Assembly: GCA_017640725.1 (NCBI GenBank)
Contig: JAEPQB010000003.1
Coordinates: forward strand, 544,704-608,703
Direction of reading: 5' to 3'
Source of the DNA: Kordiimonadaceae bacterium
GTDB lineage: Bacteria > Pseudomonadota > Alphaproteobacteria > Sphingomonadales > Kordiimonadaceae
DNA length: 64,000 nt
Position numbers and translations under genes: made by a program. Within the stretch, counting starts at the first letter, position 1; the number at the start of each line of letters is the position of its first letter. Shown in pieces: positions 40,830 to 53,010 of this stretch. The notes beneath the pieces are model-generated. The model saw only the letters and a program-made list of their open reading frames with translations, had not been told where the DNA came from and did not search any database.

Positions 40830-42873
40830 TGGTGCCTGTCGCCTCCTCTACCAAACCGCCGCGCGCGTCAATACAGTCAGCCATAATCTGGCTCGCCCGT
40901 GCGATCGGATTGGTGTGGTAAAAATTCTCAATTGCCGGTGCAATGCCACCAGACGCAATGTCACCCTGTTTGCCAAAGTCACCCCATTCGGCAACCTGGA
41001 TAACATCAATGTTCTCAAAACCCGGTACATCTTTGGCAATACGTGCCCGTAGCTGCGTGATATTGTCGTATGGAAGAGTGCTACCAAGTACATCAGACAG
41101 CGCTCTGAAGATTGACCAGTCTTCGCGGGCTTCGCCAGGGGCAAAGGCTGCTTTGCTCGTGCGCTGGAACCGGCCTTCTGTGTTTGCATATGTGCCGAAC
41201 TTTTCGGTATAGGCAGCAGATGGCAGGATGATATCGGCATTTTTAACGCCTTCATCGCCGTGCGTTCCAACGTAGACAACCGTTGCGCCTTTGAGCCCAC
41301 TGGTGTCAATCTCATCGGCACCAAGCAGGAAGACTGTTTTTAACTTTCCGGCTTCGGCATCATCTAAAATGCCGTCTACACCACCTTCTGCTGTGAGACC
41401 AAGATCCAGGCCGCCAACACGTCCAGCAGCGTTATGCAGCATGTTGAAGCCATTCCAACCTTCACGCATGCAGTATTTGTCAGCAATGTCGCGTGCGGCC
41501 TTCAATACCGCCGCGCCTTGCTCGCCTGTCAATGCCGCTTGGCCAACCAAAATCATTGGCTTTTCAGCCTTCTTGAGCGCTGCTGATGCTTCATGCGAGC
41601 CGTCTAGAACTGCTTTCAGGATAGCTGCGTCATCGCCGTACTCGGCAACACGGTAGGTAAGGTCTTCAGCATTGCCAATGTTACCAACTTTGAGGCCAAA
41701 ATGGCGCGCTGCTTTACGAATGCGGGTGTTCAGAACAGGCGCTTCAAGACGCGGGTTGGCCCCCACGAGCAGCAGATAGTCGGCTTCTTCCACGCCGGCA
41801 ATGGTGCTGTTCATAATGTAACCGCTGCGCACACTTGCGTCTGCGGCACTGCCGTCTTGCCGGCACTCAATCCTTGTGCTGCCAAGTGATGCCATGAGGT
41901 CTTTGAGGGCCGCCATCGATTCCATATCAGCCTGATCACCGACAATCGCAGCAATTTCATCGCCCTTGACGCCTTTGAGCTTCGACTTGATGGCTTTAAA
42001 TGCTTCCGCCCATGTCGCAGCCGTCAGTTTTTTGCTCTTGCGAACATATGGCGTGTCAATTCTGCGAGCCTTCAGTCCATCAAAAACGTACCGCGTCTTA
42101 TCAGAAATCCATTCTTCATTGATGTCTTCATGAAGCCGCGGCAATATCCGCATAACAGCAGCGCCGCGAGTATCCACTCGGATGTTGGATCCAAGCGCGT
42201 CCATGACATCGATCGTTTCAGTATGCTTCAATTCCCAGCTACGTGCCGTGAAAGCATACGGTTTACTGGTGAGTGCCCCAACAGGGCACAAATCCACAAC
42301 ATTTCCAGACATTTCGCTATCGAGCGTCTTTTCTAGATAGGTTGTGATTTGCATGTTTTCGCCGCGATAAAGCGCACCCATGTCCGGCACGCCCGCCACT
42401 TCTTCAGAAAAGCGCACGCAGCGCATGCAGTGAATGCAACGAGTCATTGTGGTGGAAATGAGCGGCCCCATTTCTTTGTCTTCAACTGCCCGTTTGTTTT
42501 CGTCGAACCGATTGTGGCCACGACCAAATGCCATTGCCTGATCCTGAAGGTCACATTCACCGCCCTGGTCGCAAATTGGACAATCAAGGGGGTGGTTGAT
42601 GAGGAGAAACTCCATCACACCTTCACGCGCTTTTTTCACACGTTCGGTATTGGTGTGAATAACCATTCCATCGCCTGCGGGCATTGCACAGCTTGCGATC
42701 GGCTTTGGTGCTTTTTCCATATCCACCAAACACATGCGACAGTTTCCAGCAATGGAAAGGCGCTCGTGGTAGCAGAAACGAGGCACTTCAACGCCGACTT
42801 CTTCACAGGCCTGGAGAACTGTCGTCCCTGGCTCTACGGTTACTTCGGTTCCGTCAATGGTTAACGTAGGCAT
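40822..42873 (-). CDS. nuoG: NADH-quinone oxidoreductase subunit G
   Basis: [33 protein letters not shown] and CIHCMRC. Confidence 0.97.
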   Translation of the reverse strand: MPTLTIDGTEVTVEPGTTVLQACEEVGVEVPRFCYHERLSIAGNCRMCLVDMEKAPKPIASCAMPAGDGMVIHTNTERVKKAREGVMEFLLINHPLDCPICDQGGECDLQDQAMAFGRGHNRFDENKRAVEDKEMGPLISTTMTRCIHCMRCVRFSEEVAGVPDMGALYRGENMQITTYLEKTLDSEMSGNVVDLCPVGALTSKPYAFTARSWELKHTETIDVMDALGSNIRVDTRGAAVMRILPRLHEDINEEWISDKTRYVFDGLKARRIDTPYVRKSKKLTAATWAEAFKAIKSKLKGVKGDEIAAIVGDQADMESMAALKDLMASLGSTRIECRQDGSAADASVRSGYIMNSTIAGVEEADYLLLVGANPRLEAPVLNTRIRKAARHFGLKVGNIGNAEDLTYRVAEYGDDAAILKAVLDGSHEASAALKKAEKPMILVGQAALTGEQGAAVLKAARDIADKYCMREGWNGFNMLHNAAGRVGGLDLGLTAEGGVDGILDDAEAGKLKTVFLLGADEIDTSGLKGATVVYVGTHGDEGVKNADIILPSAAYTEKFGTYANTEGRFQRTSKAAFAPGEAREDWSIFRALSDVLGSTLPYDNITQLRARIAKDVPGFENIDVIQVAEWGDFGKQGDIASGGIAPAIENFYHTNPIARASQIMADCIDARGGLVEEATGTNG

Positions 42874-42913
42874 TGACTACTCCTGATCGAAACAAACTTA
42901 TAAATTCCGCGCA

Positions 42914-44194
42914 TTACTCAGCTGCCTTTGCATGATAGCTGTCGATACGGGCTTCAACCTCATGCCTAAAGTGGCGCATCAGGCCTTGAATTGGCCATGC
43001 AGCCGCATCACCCAGGGCGCAAATGGTATGGCCTTCAACCTGCTTGGTGACTTCAAGCAACATATCGATTTCTGACTTGTCAGCTTCACCGGTAACCAAC
43101 CGTTCCATCACGCGCCACATCCAGCCAGTGCCCTCACGACAAGGCGTGCACTGCCCACAGCTTTCATGTTTGTAGAATTCAGACAAACGGGCGATTGCTT
43201 TCACAATGTCTGTCGATTTGTCCATCACAATAACCGCTGCTGTGCCGAGGCCAGACTGAACGTCCCGAAGGCTGTCAAAATCCATGAGAACAGTGTCGCA
43301 GATATCTTTTGGAAGAACTGGAACAGAAGACCCACCAGGAATTACCGCAAGGAGATTATCCCAACCGCCGCGAACACCGCCGGCATGCTTTTCAATGAGT
43401 TCCTTTAAGGAAATGCCCATTTCTTCTTCGACATTGCAGGGGTTGTTAACGTGCCCGGAAATGCAGAAAACCTTGGTGCCAGTATTATTCGGCCGCCCGA
43501 GGCCAGCAAACCAGGCCGCGCCGCGGCGCAGAATGGTGGGTGCAACAGCGATAGACTCGACATTGTTAACCGTTGTTGGACAACCCCAAACCCCAACGTT
43601 TGCGGGGAATGGCGGTTTCAAACGAGGCTGGCCCTTTTTGCCTTCAAGGCTTTCAATAAGGGCGGTTTCCTCTCCGCAGATGTAAGCACCGGCGCCCATA
43701 TGCACATAGACATCGAATTTATAGCCAGTACCGCAAGCGTTATCGCCAAGGAAACCTTTTGCGTATGCTTCTTCAATCGCGCGCTCCAGCGCTTGCGCCT
43801 CACGGTAAAATTCGCCTCGGATGTAGATGTAGGCGGCAACCGCGTTCATCGCGAAACCAGCAATCAGACAGCCTTCGATTAACTTGTGTGGGTCATGCCG
43901 CATCAGGTCACGGTCTTTACACGTGCCGGGTTCGCCCTCGTCCGCGTTCACAACAAGATATGAGGGACGCCCATCCGATTCTTTTGGCATAAATGACCAC
44001 TTAAGGCCCGTGGGAAAGCCTGCCCCGCCACGGCCACGAAGGCCCGACTCTTTCATCTCATTGATGATCCAGTCACGTCCCTTACCAATAAGACCTTTGG
44101 TGTCGTCCCAATCGCCGCGCTTCATGGCAGCATCGATGCCCGGACTTTGGTGGCCATAGAGGTTGGTGAAAATGCGATCTTTATCCGCCAGCAT
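42914..44194 (-). CDS. nuoF: NADH-quinone oxidoreductase subunit F
   Basis: [24 protein letters not shown] and [12 protein letters not shown]. Confidence 0.98.
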   Translation of the reverse strand: MLADKDRIFTNLYGHQSPGIDAAMKRGDWDDTKGLIGKGRDWIINEMKESGLRGRGGAGFPTGLKWSFMPKESDGRPSYLVVNADEGEPGTCKDRDLMRHDPHKLIEGCLIAGFAMNAVAAYIYIRGEFYREAQALERAIEEAYAKGFLGDNACGTGYKFDVYVHMGAGAYICGEETALIESLEGKKGQPRLKPPFPANVGVWGCPTTVNNVESIAVAPTILRRGAAWFAGLGRPNNTGTKVFCISGHVNNPCNVEEEMGISLKELIEKHAGGVRGGWDNLLAVIPGGSSVPVLPKDICDTVLMDFDSLRDVQSGLGTAAVIVMDKSTDIVKAIARLSEFYKHESCGQCTPCREGTGWMWRVMERLVTGEADKSEIDMLLEVTKQVEGHTICALGDAAAWPIQGLMRHFRHEVEARIDSYHAKAAE

Positions 44195-44793
44195 TATGCG
44201 CCCTCCCCTTCACTGATGAAATCCTTGAGCGTCGTAGCGCCACCAACAGGGGCACTGGTCTGGCGATCAACCTGTGGTCCAGGTTTGACTTCTTTACCGG
44301 CTGCTAAGTCATCCAAAATATTTGAAATACTGTCAGCTGTCAGATCTTCGTAATAGTCATCATTAATGGCAACGACCGGCGCATTCACGCAAGCGCCCGC
44401 GCACTCAACCTCTGACAAGGTAAACTGTCCATCTGCCGTTGTTTCGCCCATGCCAATGCCAAGCTTTGACTTACAAGCGGCGATAATATCATCTGATCCG
44501 CGAAGCCAGCATGGCGTCGTGCCGCAAACCTGTACATGATGCTTACCCATTGGTTTATGGTTATACATTGTATAGAAGGTTGCGACTTCCTGAACCTTGA
44601 TCGGAGCCATATCGAGGTAGTCCGCGATATACTCCATGATCTCGATTGTGAGATGCCCACCATTTTGACGCTGAGCGATATCCAACAAGGGCATCACCGC
44701 ACTTTGTTGGCGTCCTTCCGGGTATTTTGCAATGTGCTTTTGAGCCGCCGCCTCGTTTTCAGGCGTCCAGCTAAATCCTGTGGTTTCCGTCAT
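44194..44793 (-). CDS. nuoE: NADH-quinone oxidoreductase subunit E
   Basis: CGTTPC and [10 protein letters not shown] 2Fe-2S ligands. Confidence 0.97.
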   Translation of the reverse strand: MTETTGFSWTPENEAAAQKHIAKYPEGRQQSAVMPLLDIAQRQNGGHLTIEIMEYIADYLDMAPIKVQEVATFYTMYNHKPMGKHHVQVCGTTPCWLRGSDDIIAACKSKLGIGMGETTADGQFTLSEVECAGACVNAPVVAINDDYYEDLTADSISNILDDLAAGKEVKPGPQVDRQTSAPVGGATTLKDFISEGEGA

Positions 44794-45968
44794 CGGTCCA
44801 CCTCACCAAATACAATGTCCATGGCGCCCAACACGGCGGGTGCGTCCGCAAGCATATGCCCCTTACAAAGATGGTCCATTGCCTGCAGGTGCGCAAACCC
44901 TGGCGCGCGAATTTTACAGCGATACGGCCGGTTAGAGCCGTCTGACACAAGGTAAACACCAAATTCGCCCTTTGGCGCCTCTACCGCGGCATACACTTCG
45001 CCTTCAGGAACTTTGAACCCTTCGGTGTAAAGCTTGAAGTGATGAATTAGCGCTTCCATGGAACGCTTCATTTCACTGCGGCGCGGCGGTGCGATCTTGT
45101 TATCGAGCGACATTACCGGACCCTCAGGCATATCATTAATGCACTGACGAATAATCTTCAGACTTTCGCGAATTTCAGCGAGCCGTAGCATAAAGCGGTC
45201 GTAGCAATCACCAGAAGTGCCCACAGCCACTTGGAAATCCATACGGTCATAGACTTCATAAGGCTGGGATTTGCGCAGATCCCACGCAACACCGGTACTG
45301 CGCAGCATTGGACCCGAAAATCCCCAAGCCAGGGCGTCGTCTACATTGGTTCGACCAATATCCACATTTCGCTGCTTGAAGATTCGGTTATCGATAAGTA
45401 ACGCTTCCATATCTTCAAGAACACTTGGGAACGTTTCCGTCCAAGCCATGATGCGCTCTGGAAGGCCTTTTGGCAGGTCCTGATGTACGCCGCCCGGACG
45501 GAAATACGCCGCATGCAAACGTGCACCACAAACGGCCTCGTAGAATTCCATCAGTATTTCACGCTCTTCAAACAGCCAAAGAATTGGCGTCAAAGCGCCG
45601 ACATCCAATGCATGGGTCGTGAGGTTAAGAATGTGGTTCAAAATCCGGCCAATTTCGCTGTAAAGCACACGAATATACTGACCCCGCTCAGGCACCTCAG
45701 CGTTAAGCAGTTTCTCAACAGCAAGAACAAAAGCATGTTCCTGGTTCATAGGAGCAACGTAATCAAGGCGATCAAAGTAAGGCATCGCCTGCAAGTATTG
45801 CTTGTGCTCGATCAGTTTTTCTGTGCCGCGGTGCAGCAGGCCAATGTGCGGATCTACCCGCTCGATCACCTCACCGTCCAGCTCCATAACCATGCGCAAC
45901 ACACCATGCGCTGCAGGGTGCTGCGGACCAAAGTTCAGGCAGTAGTTTTTGATATCAACTTCAGACAT
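44790..45968 (-). CDS. nuoD: NADH-quinone oxidoreductase subunit D
   Basis: [20 protein letters not shown] and DIVFGEVDR. Confidence 0.98.
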   Translation of the reverse strand: MSEVDIKNYCLNFGPQHPAAHGVLRMVMELDGEVIERVDPHIGLLHRGTEKLIEHKQYLQAMPYFDRLDYVAPMNQEHAFVLAVEKLLNAEVPERGQYIRVLYSEIGRILNHILNLTTHALDVGALTPILWLFEEREILMEFYEAVCGARLHAAYFRPGGVHQDLPKGLPERIMAWTETFPSVLEDMEALLIDNRIFKQRNVDIGRTNVDDALAWGFSGPMLRSTGVAWDLRKSQPYEVYDRMDFQVAVGTSGDCYDRFMLRLAEIRESLKIIRQCINDMPEGPVMSLDNKIAPPRRSEMKRSMEALIHHFKLYTEGFKVPEGEVYAAVEAPKGEFGVYLVSDGSNRPYRCKIRAPGFAHLQAMDHLCKGHMLADAPAVLGAMDIVFGEVDR

Positions 45969-46585
45969 TAGTTACTCCCGCCGTTGCCGTCGGATTTCTC
46001 GTCCCCCGGCAAAATATATTCAGCGCTTTCCCAAGGACTCATAAAATCAAAATCTCGGAATTCTTGCTTTAGTTCTACTGGCTCGTAGACGATGCGCTTT
46101 TCTTCTTCGGAATAGCGGCACTCTACAAAACCAGTTAGCGGGAAGTCTTTACGCAACGGGTGGCCCTTAAAGCCGTAATCCGTAAGCATGCGGCGCAGGT
46201 CAGCATGGCCAGCAAAGAAAATGCCGTACATATCCCAGGCTTCACGCTCAAACCAGCCAGCAGAGGGGAACACTTCAACGGCGCTTGGAACCGCGGTGTC
46301 TTCGTCAGTTTCTACTTTGACGCGGATTCGTTGGTTCAACTCGATTGACAGCAGATGATAGACAACATCAAAACGCTTCGCGCGCTCTGGATAATCAACC
46401 CCGCACACGTCCACGAGCTGCCTAAACAAGCAAGTCTGGTCATCGCGCAGGAAAGTCAGAACTTTCGTGATGTGATCAGCGCGCGCAGTAACTGTGAGTT
46501 CTCCGTGCGAGATGGAAGATGACACGATATCATTTTCCAGGGCCTGGCTAATATGGTCTGCAATATCTTGCATGATTTTCCCCAC
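45968..46585 (-). CDS. nuoC: NADH-quinone oxidoreductase subunit C
   Basis: [10 protein letters not shown] and GHPLRKDFP. Start GTG 46585 or ATG 46573. Confidence 0.96.
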   Translation of the reverse strand: MGKIMQDIADHISQALENDIVSSSISHGELTVTARADHITKVLTFLRDDQTCLFRQLVDVCGVDYPERAKRFDVVYHLLSIELNQRIRVKVETDEDTAVPSAVEVFPSAGWFEREAWDMYGIFFAGHADLRRMLTDYGFKGHPLRKDFPLTGFVECRYSEEEKRIVYEPVELKQEFRDFDFMSPWESAEYILPGDEKSDGNGGSN

Positions 46586-46615
46586 AACGCGGTGCGCTGT
46601 TAGATGAAGTTGGTC

Positions 46616-47167
46616 TTAGCGATCGAAGGTTCCGGTCCGGCGAATTTTGCGCTGCAGTTGCAACACACCGTATAGAAGCGCCTCTGCTGTTGGCGGGCAC
46701 CCGGGTACATATATGTCTACGGGTACTATTCGGTCGCATCCACGTACCACCGAGTAAGAATAGTGATAGTAGCCACCACCGTTGGCGCAGCTGCCCATGG
46801 AAATCACATACCGCGGCTCAGACATCTGATCGTAAACTTTGCGCATGGCAGGAGCCATTTTGTTGGTCAAGGTGCCAGCCACAATCATAACGTCACTCTG
46901 GCGGGGCGATCCACGCGGGGCAAAGCCAAAGCGCTCAACGTCATAGCGCGGCATGCTGGTGTGCATCATTTCGACGGCGCAGCAAGCCAGACCAAACGTC
47001 ATCCACCATAGAGATCCAGTCCTGGCCCATGTCACCAGATCTTCCATTGAGGTAACCACGAAGCCCTTATCAGTAAGCTCTTCGTTCAGGCCTGTGAAAA
47101 ACTCAGATTCAGCGGGGTTGTTGCCGTTTTCCTGAACTGCAGGACTGTTCGGATTGACTACTCCCAT
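46616..47167 (-). CDS. nuoB: NADH-quinone oxidoreductase subunit B
   Basis: [21 protein letters not shown] and VPGCPP. Confidence 0.98.
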   Translation of the reverse strand: MGVVNPNSPAVQENGNNPAESEFFTGLNEELTDKGFVVTSMEDLVTWARTGSLWWMTFGLACCAVEMMHTSMPRYDVERFGFAPRGSPRQSDVMIVAGTLTNKMAPAMRKVYDQMSEPRYVISMGSCANGGGYYHYSYSVVRGCDRIVPVDIYVPGCPPTAEALLYGVLQLQRKIRRTGTFDR

Positions 47168-47523
47168 TCCAAAGCTCCCTTATTCCATTCGTACACAAAC
47201 CCGACCGTTAGAACGCCGAGGAAGACCATCATTGACCAGAAACCGTACACGCCAATTTCACCTAGCGAGATCGCCCAAGGAAAGAGAAACGCAACTTCGA
47301 GATCAAAAATAATGAAAAGGATGGCCACTAAATAAAAGCGAACATCAAATTGGTTTCTGGATTCTTCAAATGCTTCGAATCCACATTCATAAGCGGAGAG
47401 TTTTTCATCATCTGGGTTTTGATTGGCAAGCAGCATGGCTGCACCGACAAAGATGATGGAAAAAGCTGCGGCGATCCCAAGGAAAATAAGGATCGGCAGA
47501 TACTGGATCAGTAATGACTCCAT
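47158..47523 (-). CDS. nuoA: NADH-quinone oxidoreductase subunit A
   Basis: [19 protein letters not shown] and KGALEW. Confidence 0.97.
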   Translation of the reverse strand: MESLLIQYLPILIFLGIAAAFSIIFVGAAMLLANQNPDDEKLSAYECGFEAFEESRNQFDVRFYLVAILFIIFDLEVAFLFPWAISLGEIGVYGFWSMMVFLGVLTVGFVYEWNKGALEWE

Positions 47524-47790
47524 GGGAGCCCCTTTAGATTATTGGCCCTAATACAGCGACCTTTTATCCAGCGGACCCGCAAAGGTAAAGAGGAAATTAG
47601 CCGCACCTGTTCGGTGCGCGAGTATAGCCCTACAAACTGTTAAAGAAAAGTTGCTTAATTATTGATTTTTCAACTGTTTGCGCGTCCATGCGAGGATTCC
47701 ACAAACCTGCTGGAAGCAAGCGATAAGGAAGGCCATTGGAAAAAGCTATTGCGGGAGCCAGAGATTCAGTTGCGCTATGGTCTGCCAAAC

Positions 47791-47820
47791 AAAAAACGCC
47801 CCGGAAAATCCGGAGCGTTC
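47791..47820 (-). terminator. Terminator after tRNA-Asp
   Basis: Minus strand: GAACGCTCCGG-ATTTT-CCGGGGCGTTTTTT. Confidence 0.8.
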
Positions 47821-47831
47821 TTCGAAGCAAG

Positions 47832-47908
47832 TGGCGCGAGTGACGGGGCTCGAACCCGCGACCTTCGGCGTGACAGGCCGACACTCTAACCAACTGAGCT
47901 ACACCCGC
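47832..47908 (-). tRNA. tRNA-Asp(GTC)
   Basis: Cloverleaf read by hand. Anticodon arm TCGGC-CTGTCAC-GCCGA. CCA encoded. Confidence 0.97.
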
Positions 47909-47928
47909 GCATCGCTTGCGTGAGGGGG

Positions 47929-47957
47929 TGTTTAGGCTTTCAGGCTGGAGGTGTCAA
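47929..47957 (-). promoter_or_regulatory. Sigma70 promoter of tRNA-Asp
   Basis: TTGACA-N17-TAAACA. Confidence 0.75.
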
Positions 47958-48098
47958 TCACCTTTTTTACATTTTTTTCCAATTGTCCCAGAAGCCGCAC
48001 AAACCCTAGCTTTTTATATGTCGGCTGGACGCATTCCCATTTGCTGCGTAAGCTCGATATGAGTGCACAACGATCAGGGGGACAAGAAGGGAAAAACG

Positions 48099-48257
48099 AT
48101 GGACCTTATTCGCATCATTTTAGCTATTTTTTTGCCACCGGTCGCAGTGTTCTTGAAAGTAGGACTGGCAATGCAGTTTTGGCTCAATCTGCTGCTGACA
48201 CTATTCTTCTTTGTACCCGGCGTAATTCACGCAATTTGGGTGTTGGTTAAAAAATAA
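48099..48257 (+). CDS. yqaE: YqaE/Pmp3-family small membrane proteolipid
   Basis: ILAIFLPPVAVFL...LLLTLFFFVPGVIHAIW signature, 52 aa, AAGGGA SD. Confidence 0.9.
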   Translation: MDLIRIILAIFLPPVAVFLKVGLAMQFWLNLLLTLFFFVPGVIHAIWVLVKK

Positions 48258-48285
48258 ACGAGCAAATTAGAATCGGAGAAAGTGA

Positions 48286-48361
48286 TGGTGGGCGATGACA
48301 GGCTCGAACTGCCGACCCTCTCGGTGTAAACGAGATGCTCTACCAACTGAGCTAATCGCCC
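48286..48361 (-). tRNA. tRNA-Val(TAC), copy 2
   Basis: Anticodon arm TCTCG-TTTACAC-CGAGA. CCA encoded. Identical to the copy at 48389. Confidence 0.97.
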
Positions 48362-48388
48362 TTAACCATCAAAAGGACCGCTGGAAAA

Positions 48389-48464
48389 TGGTGGGCGATG
48401 ACAGGCTCGAACTGCCGACCCTCTCGGTGTAAACGAGATGCTCTACCAACTGAGCTAATCGCCC
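48389..48464 (-). tRNA. tRNA-Val(TAC), copy 1
   Basis: Identical 76-nt tandem copy with a 27-nt spacer. Confidence 0.97.
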
Positions 48465-48485
48465 GTTTCCACAGCGGTGAGCGCG

Positions 48486-48514
48486 CTTTTAGGCAATATT
48501 CTGGATGGTGTCCA
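48486..48514 (-). promoter_or_regulatory. Sigma70 promoter of the tRNA-Val pair
   Basis: TGGACA-N17-TAAAAG followed by a GC-rich discriminator. Confidence 0.7.
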
Positions 48515-48546
48515 GCCCTATTTCAGAATTTTTTGTGACACCAATG

Positions 48547-48581
48547 AAAAACGGTCAGAACGACAAGCGTCCTGACCGTTT
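48547..48581 (-). terminator. Terminator after the HU gene
   Basis: Minus strand: AAACGGTCAGGACG-CTTGT-CGTTCTGACCGTTTTT. Confidence 0.85.
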
Positions 48582-48604
48582 CCCGATTAGTCGTGTAAAC
48601 AGAA

Positions 48605-48880
48605 TTAACCGTTTACAGCGTCCTTAAGGCCTTTACCTGCCTTGAACTTTGGCTGCTTAGACGCAGGAATGTCAATTTCCTCGCCTGTGCGTGGATTGCG
48701 GCCTTTAGTGGCTGCACGGTTTGCTACTGAAAAAGTACCAAAACCTACCAGGCGAACATCGCCGCCAGAAGCCAGAGCACCTGCGATGGCATCAAATACT
48801 GCGTCTACTGCTTTACCAGCATCAGCTTTGGAAAGGTCCGCTGCATCAGCAACGCTTGCGATCAAATCGTTTTTATTCAA
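48605..48880 (-). CDS. hup: Histone-like DNA-binding protein HU
   Basis: [11 protein letters not shown]...[12 protein letters not shown]...[13 protein letters not shown] start with AGAGGGGG SD. Upstream TTGACA-N18-TAAACT at 48967-48938. Confidence 0.97.
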   Translation of the reverse strand: MNKNDLIASVADAADLSKADAGKAVDAVFDAIAGALASGGDVRLVGFGTFSVANRAATKGRNPRTGEEIDIPASKQPKFKAGKGLKDAVNG

Positions 48881-48970
48881 GGTATCCCCCTCTGAGTTGA
48901 AGAGTGATTCCGGGAAGAAGCCCCGAAATGCGAACGCAGTTTAATCTCGTAATTTTCACCTTGTCAAAGC

Positions 48971-48997
48971 AAAAAACCGCAGAAATCTGCGGTTTTT
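48971..48997. terminator. Terminator after lon
   Basis: AAAAAACCGCAG-AAAT-CTGCGGTTTTT. Confidence 0.8.
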
Positions 48998-49040
48998 AGC
49001 TTTTTTTTCCTTGATCTTTTTCTAATTAGGAACAAGGAGG

Positions 49041-51458
49041 CTAATGAGTCGTCATTTCACTCTCTTTTGAAGGCTTATCTGCCTTCATTTCTTCGAGCTC
49101 TTTTTCCTCATCCCATTCCATTGGCTCCAAAGGCGAAGCCAAAGCGTGTGACAACACCTCATCGACTGTTGAAACCGCAACGATTTCAAGGCCTTTCTTC
49201 ACATTGTCGGGAATTTCAGCAAGGTCTTTTTCGTTCTCTTGAGGGATTAAAACCTTCGTAATTCCACCCCGCAAGGCCGCAAGAAGCTTTTCTTTAAGGC
49301 CTCCAATTGGAAGAACTCTGCCGCGAAGGGTTACTTCACCAGTCATCGCAATATCTTTCCGGACAGGGATTCCCGTGAGCACTGAAACCATAGAAGTACA
49401 CATCGCAACACCCGCAGATGGCCCGTCTTTTGGAGTCGCACCTTCGGGCACGTGGATATGAAGGTCTCTTTTTTCAAAAAATTTGGGGTGAATTCCAAAT
49501 TCTACGCAACGCGAATGCACGTAAGACCAGGCGGCCTGGATCGATTCTTTCATCACATCACCCAGCTTGCCGGTTTGTTTAACCAATCCCTTGCCCGGTA
49601 CGATGACAGATTCAATCGTCAGCAACTCGCCCCCAACATTGGTCCAAGCCAAACCGGTTGTGGCGCCCACCTGGTCATCCACTTCTGCCTGCCCATACCG
49701 GAATTTACGTACACCGGCATATTGAGAAAGATTGCGAGACGTGAGGTTGATCTTGTCTTTTGAGCCCTCAACGATTTCTTTCAGACCTTTACGGGCCAGT
49801 TTGGCTACTTCACGTTCAAGGTTACGCACACCGGCTTCCCTGGTGTAGTAACGAATTACGTCCTTGATAGCACCGTCAGAAATCGTCCACTCACCCTCTT
49901 TAAGGCCGTGATCTTTGATTTGTTTAGGAATCAGATGGCGCTTTGCGATCTCGAGTTTTTCGTCTTCTGTATAGCCGGACAGATTGATGATCTCCATCCG
50001 GTCCAAGAGCGGTCCTGGCAAATTCAAAGAGTTTGCCGTTGTAACGAACATCACATTGGAGAGGTCATAATCAATCTCCAGATAGTGGTCGTTAAACTTG
50101 TTGTTTTGCTCTGGGTCCAAGACTTCCAAGAGAGCTGAAGCGGGGTCGCCTCTAAAGTCCTGGCCCATTTTGTCGATTTCATCCAACAAAAACAGTGGGT
50201 TTGTCGTGCCGGCTTTCTTCATTGATTGCATGACCTTGCCGGGCATGGAACCAATATAAGTGCGACGGTGACCCCGAATTTCAGCTTCATCGCGAACACC
50301 ACCCAAAGAGAATCGGATAAACTCACGACCTGTCGCTTTTGCTATGGATTTGCCGAGCGAAGTTTTACCTACACCAGGAGGGCCAACCAAGCACAAGATA
50401 GGACCCTTGAGTTTCTTGGCCCGCTGCTGCACAGCAAGATACTCAATGATACGCTCTTTAACTTTTTCCAGGCCGTAGTGATCGACGTCCAAAATATCCT
50501 GAGCACGATTAATGTCTTTAATTACCCTGCTCTTTTTGCCCCATGGAACACCAAGCATCCAATCCAGGAAATTGCGCACAACGGTCGCTTCAGCTGACAT
50601 TGGGCTCATGGACTTGAGCTTTTTGAGCTCGGCCAAGCTTTTCTCGCGGGCCTCTTTGGTGAGTTTTGTATTCTTAATTTTATCCTCAAGCTCGAGAATT
50701 TCTTCCCGGCCGTCATCCCCCTCACCAAGCTCCTTTTGAATGGCTTTCATCTGCTCATTCAAATAATACTCGCGCTGGGTTTTCTCCATCTGGCGTTTTA
50801 CCCGACCGCGAATCTTTTTCTCCACCTGCAGGACACCAATCTCGCCTTCCATGAAGCTGAAAATCTGTTCAAGCCGTTCGGTCACAGAAATTGTGGAGAG
50901 CAATTTTTGCTTGTCTTCGATCTTGAGCGCCAGGTGACTGGCAACGGTATCAGCCAACTTGGCTGGCTCTTCGATCTGGCTGATTGTTACCAACACTTCC
51001 GCAGGTATTTTTTTGTTCAGCTTCACGTAATTCTCAAACTGCGTGACAACTGTACGCCCAAGGGCTTCCACTTCTTCGTCACTCGAAACCTCAGCTGCGA
51101 GCAAAGTAGCTTCCGCTTCAAAATAGTCCTCTTCACGAATGAACTGGTCAATCTGTGCGCGGTTGAAACCTTCAACCAGTACCTTCACCGTACCGTCAGG
51201 CAACTTCAGTAGTTGTAGCACGGAAGCAACCGTACCAACTTCAAATACATCTGACGGGCTTGGGTCGTCTTCGCTCGCTTCCTTTTGGGCGACCAACAAA
51301 ATTTGTTTGTCTTTTGCCATCACTTCTTCAAGCGCGCGCACGGATTTGTCACGACCAACAAACAGCGGAACAATCATGTGGGGAAAGACAACAATGTCCC
51401 GCAACGGCAGGACAGGTAAAGTGATTGAATTTGATTCTTGTTGTGGGGATTCAGACAT
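49041..51458 (-). CDS. lon: Lon protease (LonA)
   Basis: [24 protein letters not shown] and PKDGPSAG. Confidence 0.98.
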   Translation of the reverse strand: MSESPQQESNSITLPVLPLRDIVVFPHMIVPLFVGRDKSVRALEEVMAKDKQILLVAQKEASEDDPSPSDVFEVGTVASVLQLLKLPDGTVKVLVEGFNRAQIDQFIREEDYFEAEATLLAAEVSSDEEVEALGRTVVTQFENYVKLNKKIPAEVLVTISQIEEPAKLADTVASHLALKIEDKQKLLSTISVTERLEQIFSFMEGEIGVLQVEKKIRGRVKRQMEKTQREYYLNEQMKAIQKELGEGDDGREEILELEDKIKNTKLTKEAREKSLAELKKLKSMSPMSAEATVVRNFLDWMLGVPWGKKSRVIKDINRAQDILDVDHYGLEKVKERIIEYLAVQQRAKKLKGPILCLVGPPGVGKTSLGKSIAKATGREFIRFSLGGVRDEAEIRGHRRTYIGSMPGKVMQSMKKAGTTNPLFLLDEIDKMGQDFRGDPASALLEVLDPEQNNKFNDHYLEIDYDLSNVMFVTTANSLNLPGPLLDRMEIINLSGYTEDEKLEIAKRHLIPKQIKDHGLKEGEWTISDGAIKDVIRYYTREAGVRNLEREVAKLARKGLKEIVEGSKDKINLTSRNLSQYAGVRKFRYGQAEVDDQVGATTGLAWTNVGGELLTIESVIVPGKGLVKQTGKLGDVMKESIQAAWSYVHSRCVEFGIHPKFFEKRDLHIHVPEGATPKDGPSAGVAMCTSMVSVLTGIPVRKDIAMTGEVTLRGRVLPIGGLKEKLLAALRGGITKVLIPQENEKDLAEIPDNVKKGLEIVAVSTVDEVLSHALASPLEPMEWDEEKELEEMKADKPSKESEMTTH

Positions 51459-51581
51459 TTAGCAGAACCTTCTGGGACTAAATTAGCTAATTGACAGTAA
51501 TTTTAGGGTAAAATGAGCCGCTTAGGAACGAGAAAGGGCTCAAAAAGAGGTCTAAACACAAAAAAACTACCTTTAAATACG

Positions 51582-51613
51582 ATTTGGGGCCTGAAACATG
51601 TGTTTCAAGCCCC
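51582..51613 (-). promoter_or_regulatory. Sigma32 (RpoH)-type promoter of lon embedded in an inverted repeat
   Basis: Minus strand: CTTGAA-N14-CCCCAAAT. The whole element reads GGGGCTTGAAAC-ACAT-GTTTCAGGCCCC. Confidence 0.7.
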
Positions 51614-51638
51614 TTTTCATACAGATATCGGTGTTTTT

Positions 51639-52904
51639 TTACGCTGGTTGGTCGGCTTCTTCGCGACGTTCAGCATAAATTTGCAAAGGACTCGACTTTT
51701 CATCGACAACATCGCCGTTTATCACAATTTCTTCGACCCCATCCAAGGTTGGTAGATCGAACATTGTATCAAGCAATGTGTTTTCCATAATGGAACGCAG
51801 GCCCCGGGCACCAGTTTTCCGTTCGATTGCTTTCTTCGCTACTGAATAAAGAGCGTCTTCAGTGAATGTCAGCTTCACCTCTTCCATATCAAACAGGCTC
51901 TGGTACTGCTTGAGGAGCGCATTTTTCGGCTCTGCCAAAATTTGCACCAACGCATCTTCGTCCAAGTCTTCGAGTGTCGCGATAACAGGCAAGCGACCAA
52001 CGAACTCTGGGATCAGACCAAACTTCAACAGATCTTCAGGTTCTGTGCCGGCGAGAACTTCACCAATGCCTCGGTCATCAGGCGCAGACACCGTTGCACC
52101 AAAGCCAATGGACTTACCTTGAAGTCGATTTGCGATAACCTTGTCCAGACCTGCAAACGCGCCGCCACAGATAAACAAAATGTTGGTTGTGTCAACTTGC
52201 AGGAATTCCTGCTGCGGATGCTTGCGCCCGCCTTGTGGCGGTACACTTGCTACAGTGCCTTCCATGATTTTCAGAAGGGCTTGTTGAACACCCTCGCCCG
52301 AAACATCACGGGTGATTGATGGATTGTCGGATTTGCGGCTGATCTTATCCACTTCATCGATGTAGACGATACCGCGCTGTGCCCGCTCGACGTTATAATC
52401 AGCCGACTGCAGCAACTTCAGGATGATGTTTTCAACATCTTCACCAACATAACCTGCCTCAGTGAGTGTGGTCGCATCGGCCATCGTAAAGGGAACATCA
52501 AGAATGCGCGCCAAAGTCTGCGCCAGCAGTGTTTTGCCGCAACCTGTTGGTCCAACCAGAAGAATGTTTGATTTCGCCAGCTCTACGTCACTCGAATTGG
52601 CGGCATGGTGAAGACGCTTGTAATGGTTGTGAACAGCGACAGAGAGAACCTTTTTGGCTGAGCCTTGGCCGATAACATAATCATCAAGAACCGCCAGAAT
52701 TTCCTGCGGCGTGGGAACACCTTCTCCGCCTTTGGAAATGCCGCCTTTGCTCTCTTCTTTGATAATGTCGTTACACAACTCCACGCATTCATCGCAGATG
52801 AACACCGTTGGACCCGCAATAAGCTTGCGAACCTCGTGCTGGCTCTTGCCGCAGAACGAACAATAGAGCGTGTTCTTGGAGTCGTTGTTGGTCAAATCTG
52901 TCAC
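51639..52904 (-). CDS. clpX: ClpX ATPase
   Basis: CSFC...CDEC zinc domain, GPTGCGKT and [13 protein letters not shown] start. Confidence 0.98.
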   Translation of the reverse strand: MTDLTNNDSKNTLYCSFCGKSQHEVRKLIAGPTVFICDECVELCNDIIKEESKGGISKGGEGVPTPQEILAVLDDYVIGQGSAKKVLSVAVHNHYKRLHHAANSSDVELAKSNILLVGPTGCGKTLLAQTLARILDVPFTMADATTLTEAGYVGEDVENIILKLLQSADYNVERAQRGIVYIDEVDKISRKSDNPSITRDVSGEGVQQALLKIMEGTVASVPPQGGRKHPQQEFLQVDTTNILFICGGAFAGLDKVIANRLQGKSIGFGATVSAPDDRGIGEVLAGTEPEDLLKFGLIPEFVGRLPVIATLEDLDEDALVQILAEPKNALLKQYQSLFDMEEVKLTFTEDALYSVAKKAIERKTGARGLRSIMENTLLDTMFDLPTLDGVEEIVINGDVVDEKSSPLQIYAERREEADQPA

Positions 52905-53010
52905 CGCAAATACTCTTACTTCTTTTACTTATCGTAGACTGGTTAAAAAGAAGCTTACAACAAAAAAAACTTTAACAAACCGTGATGAGCAATGGACCCA
53001 CCTCTATTTG

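Noticed and set aside
47642-47672. Possible CtrA or FNR sites upstream of nuoA
   Set aside because: The spacing is wrong for both (TTAA-N11-TTAA region; TTGA-N4-TCAA).
48286-48464. 103-bp-period direct repeat resembling a mini-array or att site
   Set aside because: These are two identical tRNA-Val genes. There are no CRISPR-like spacers and no integrase nearby.
48878-48880. Non-ATG starts (hup, rnj and lolE TTG; clpX, mce and birA GTG)
   Set aside because: These are within normal bacterial usage and most have good SD sequences or translational coupling.
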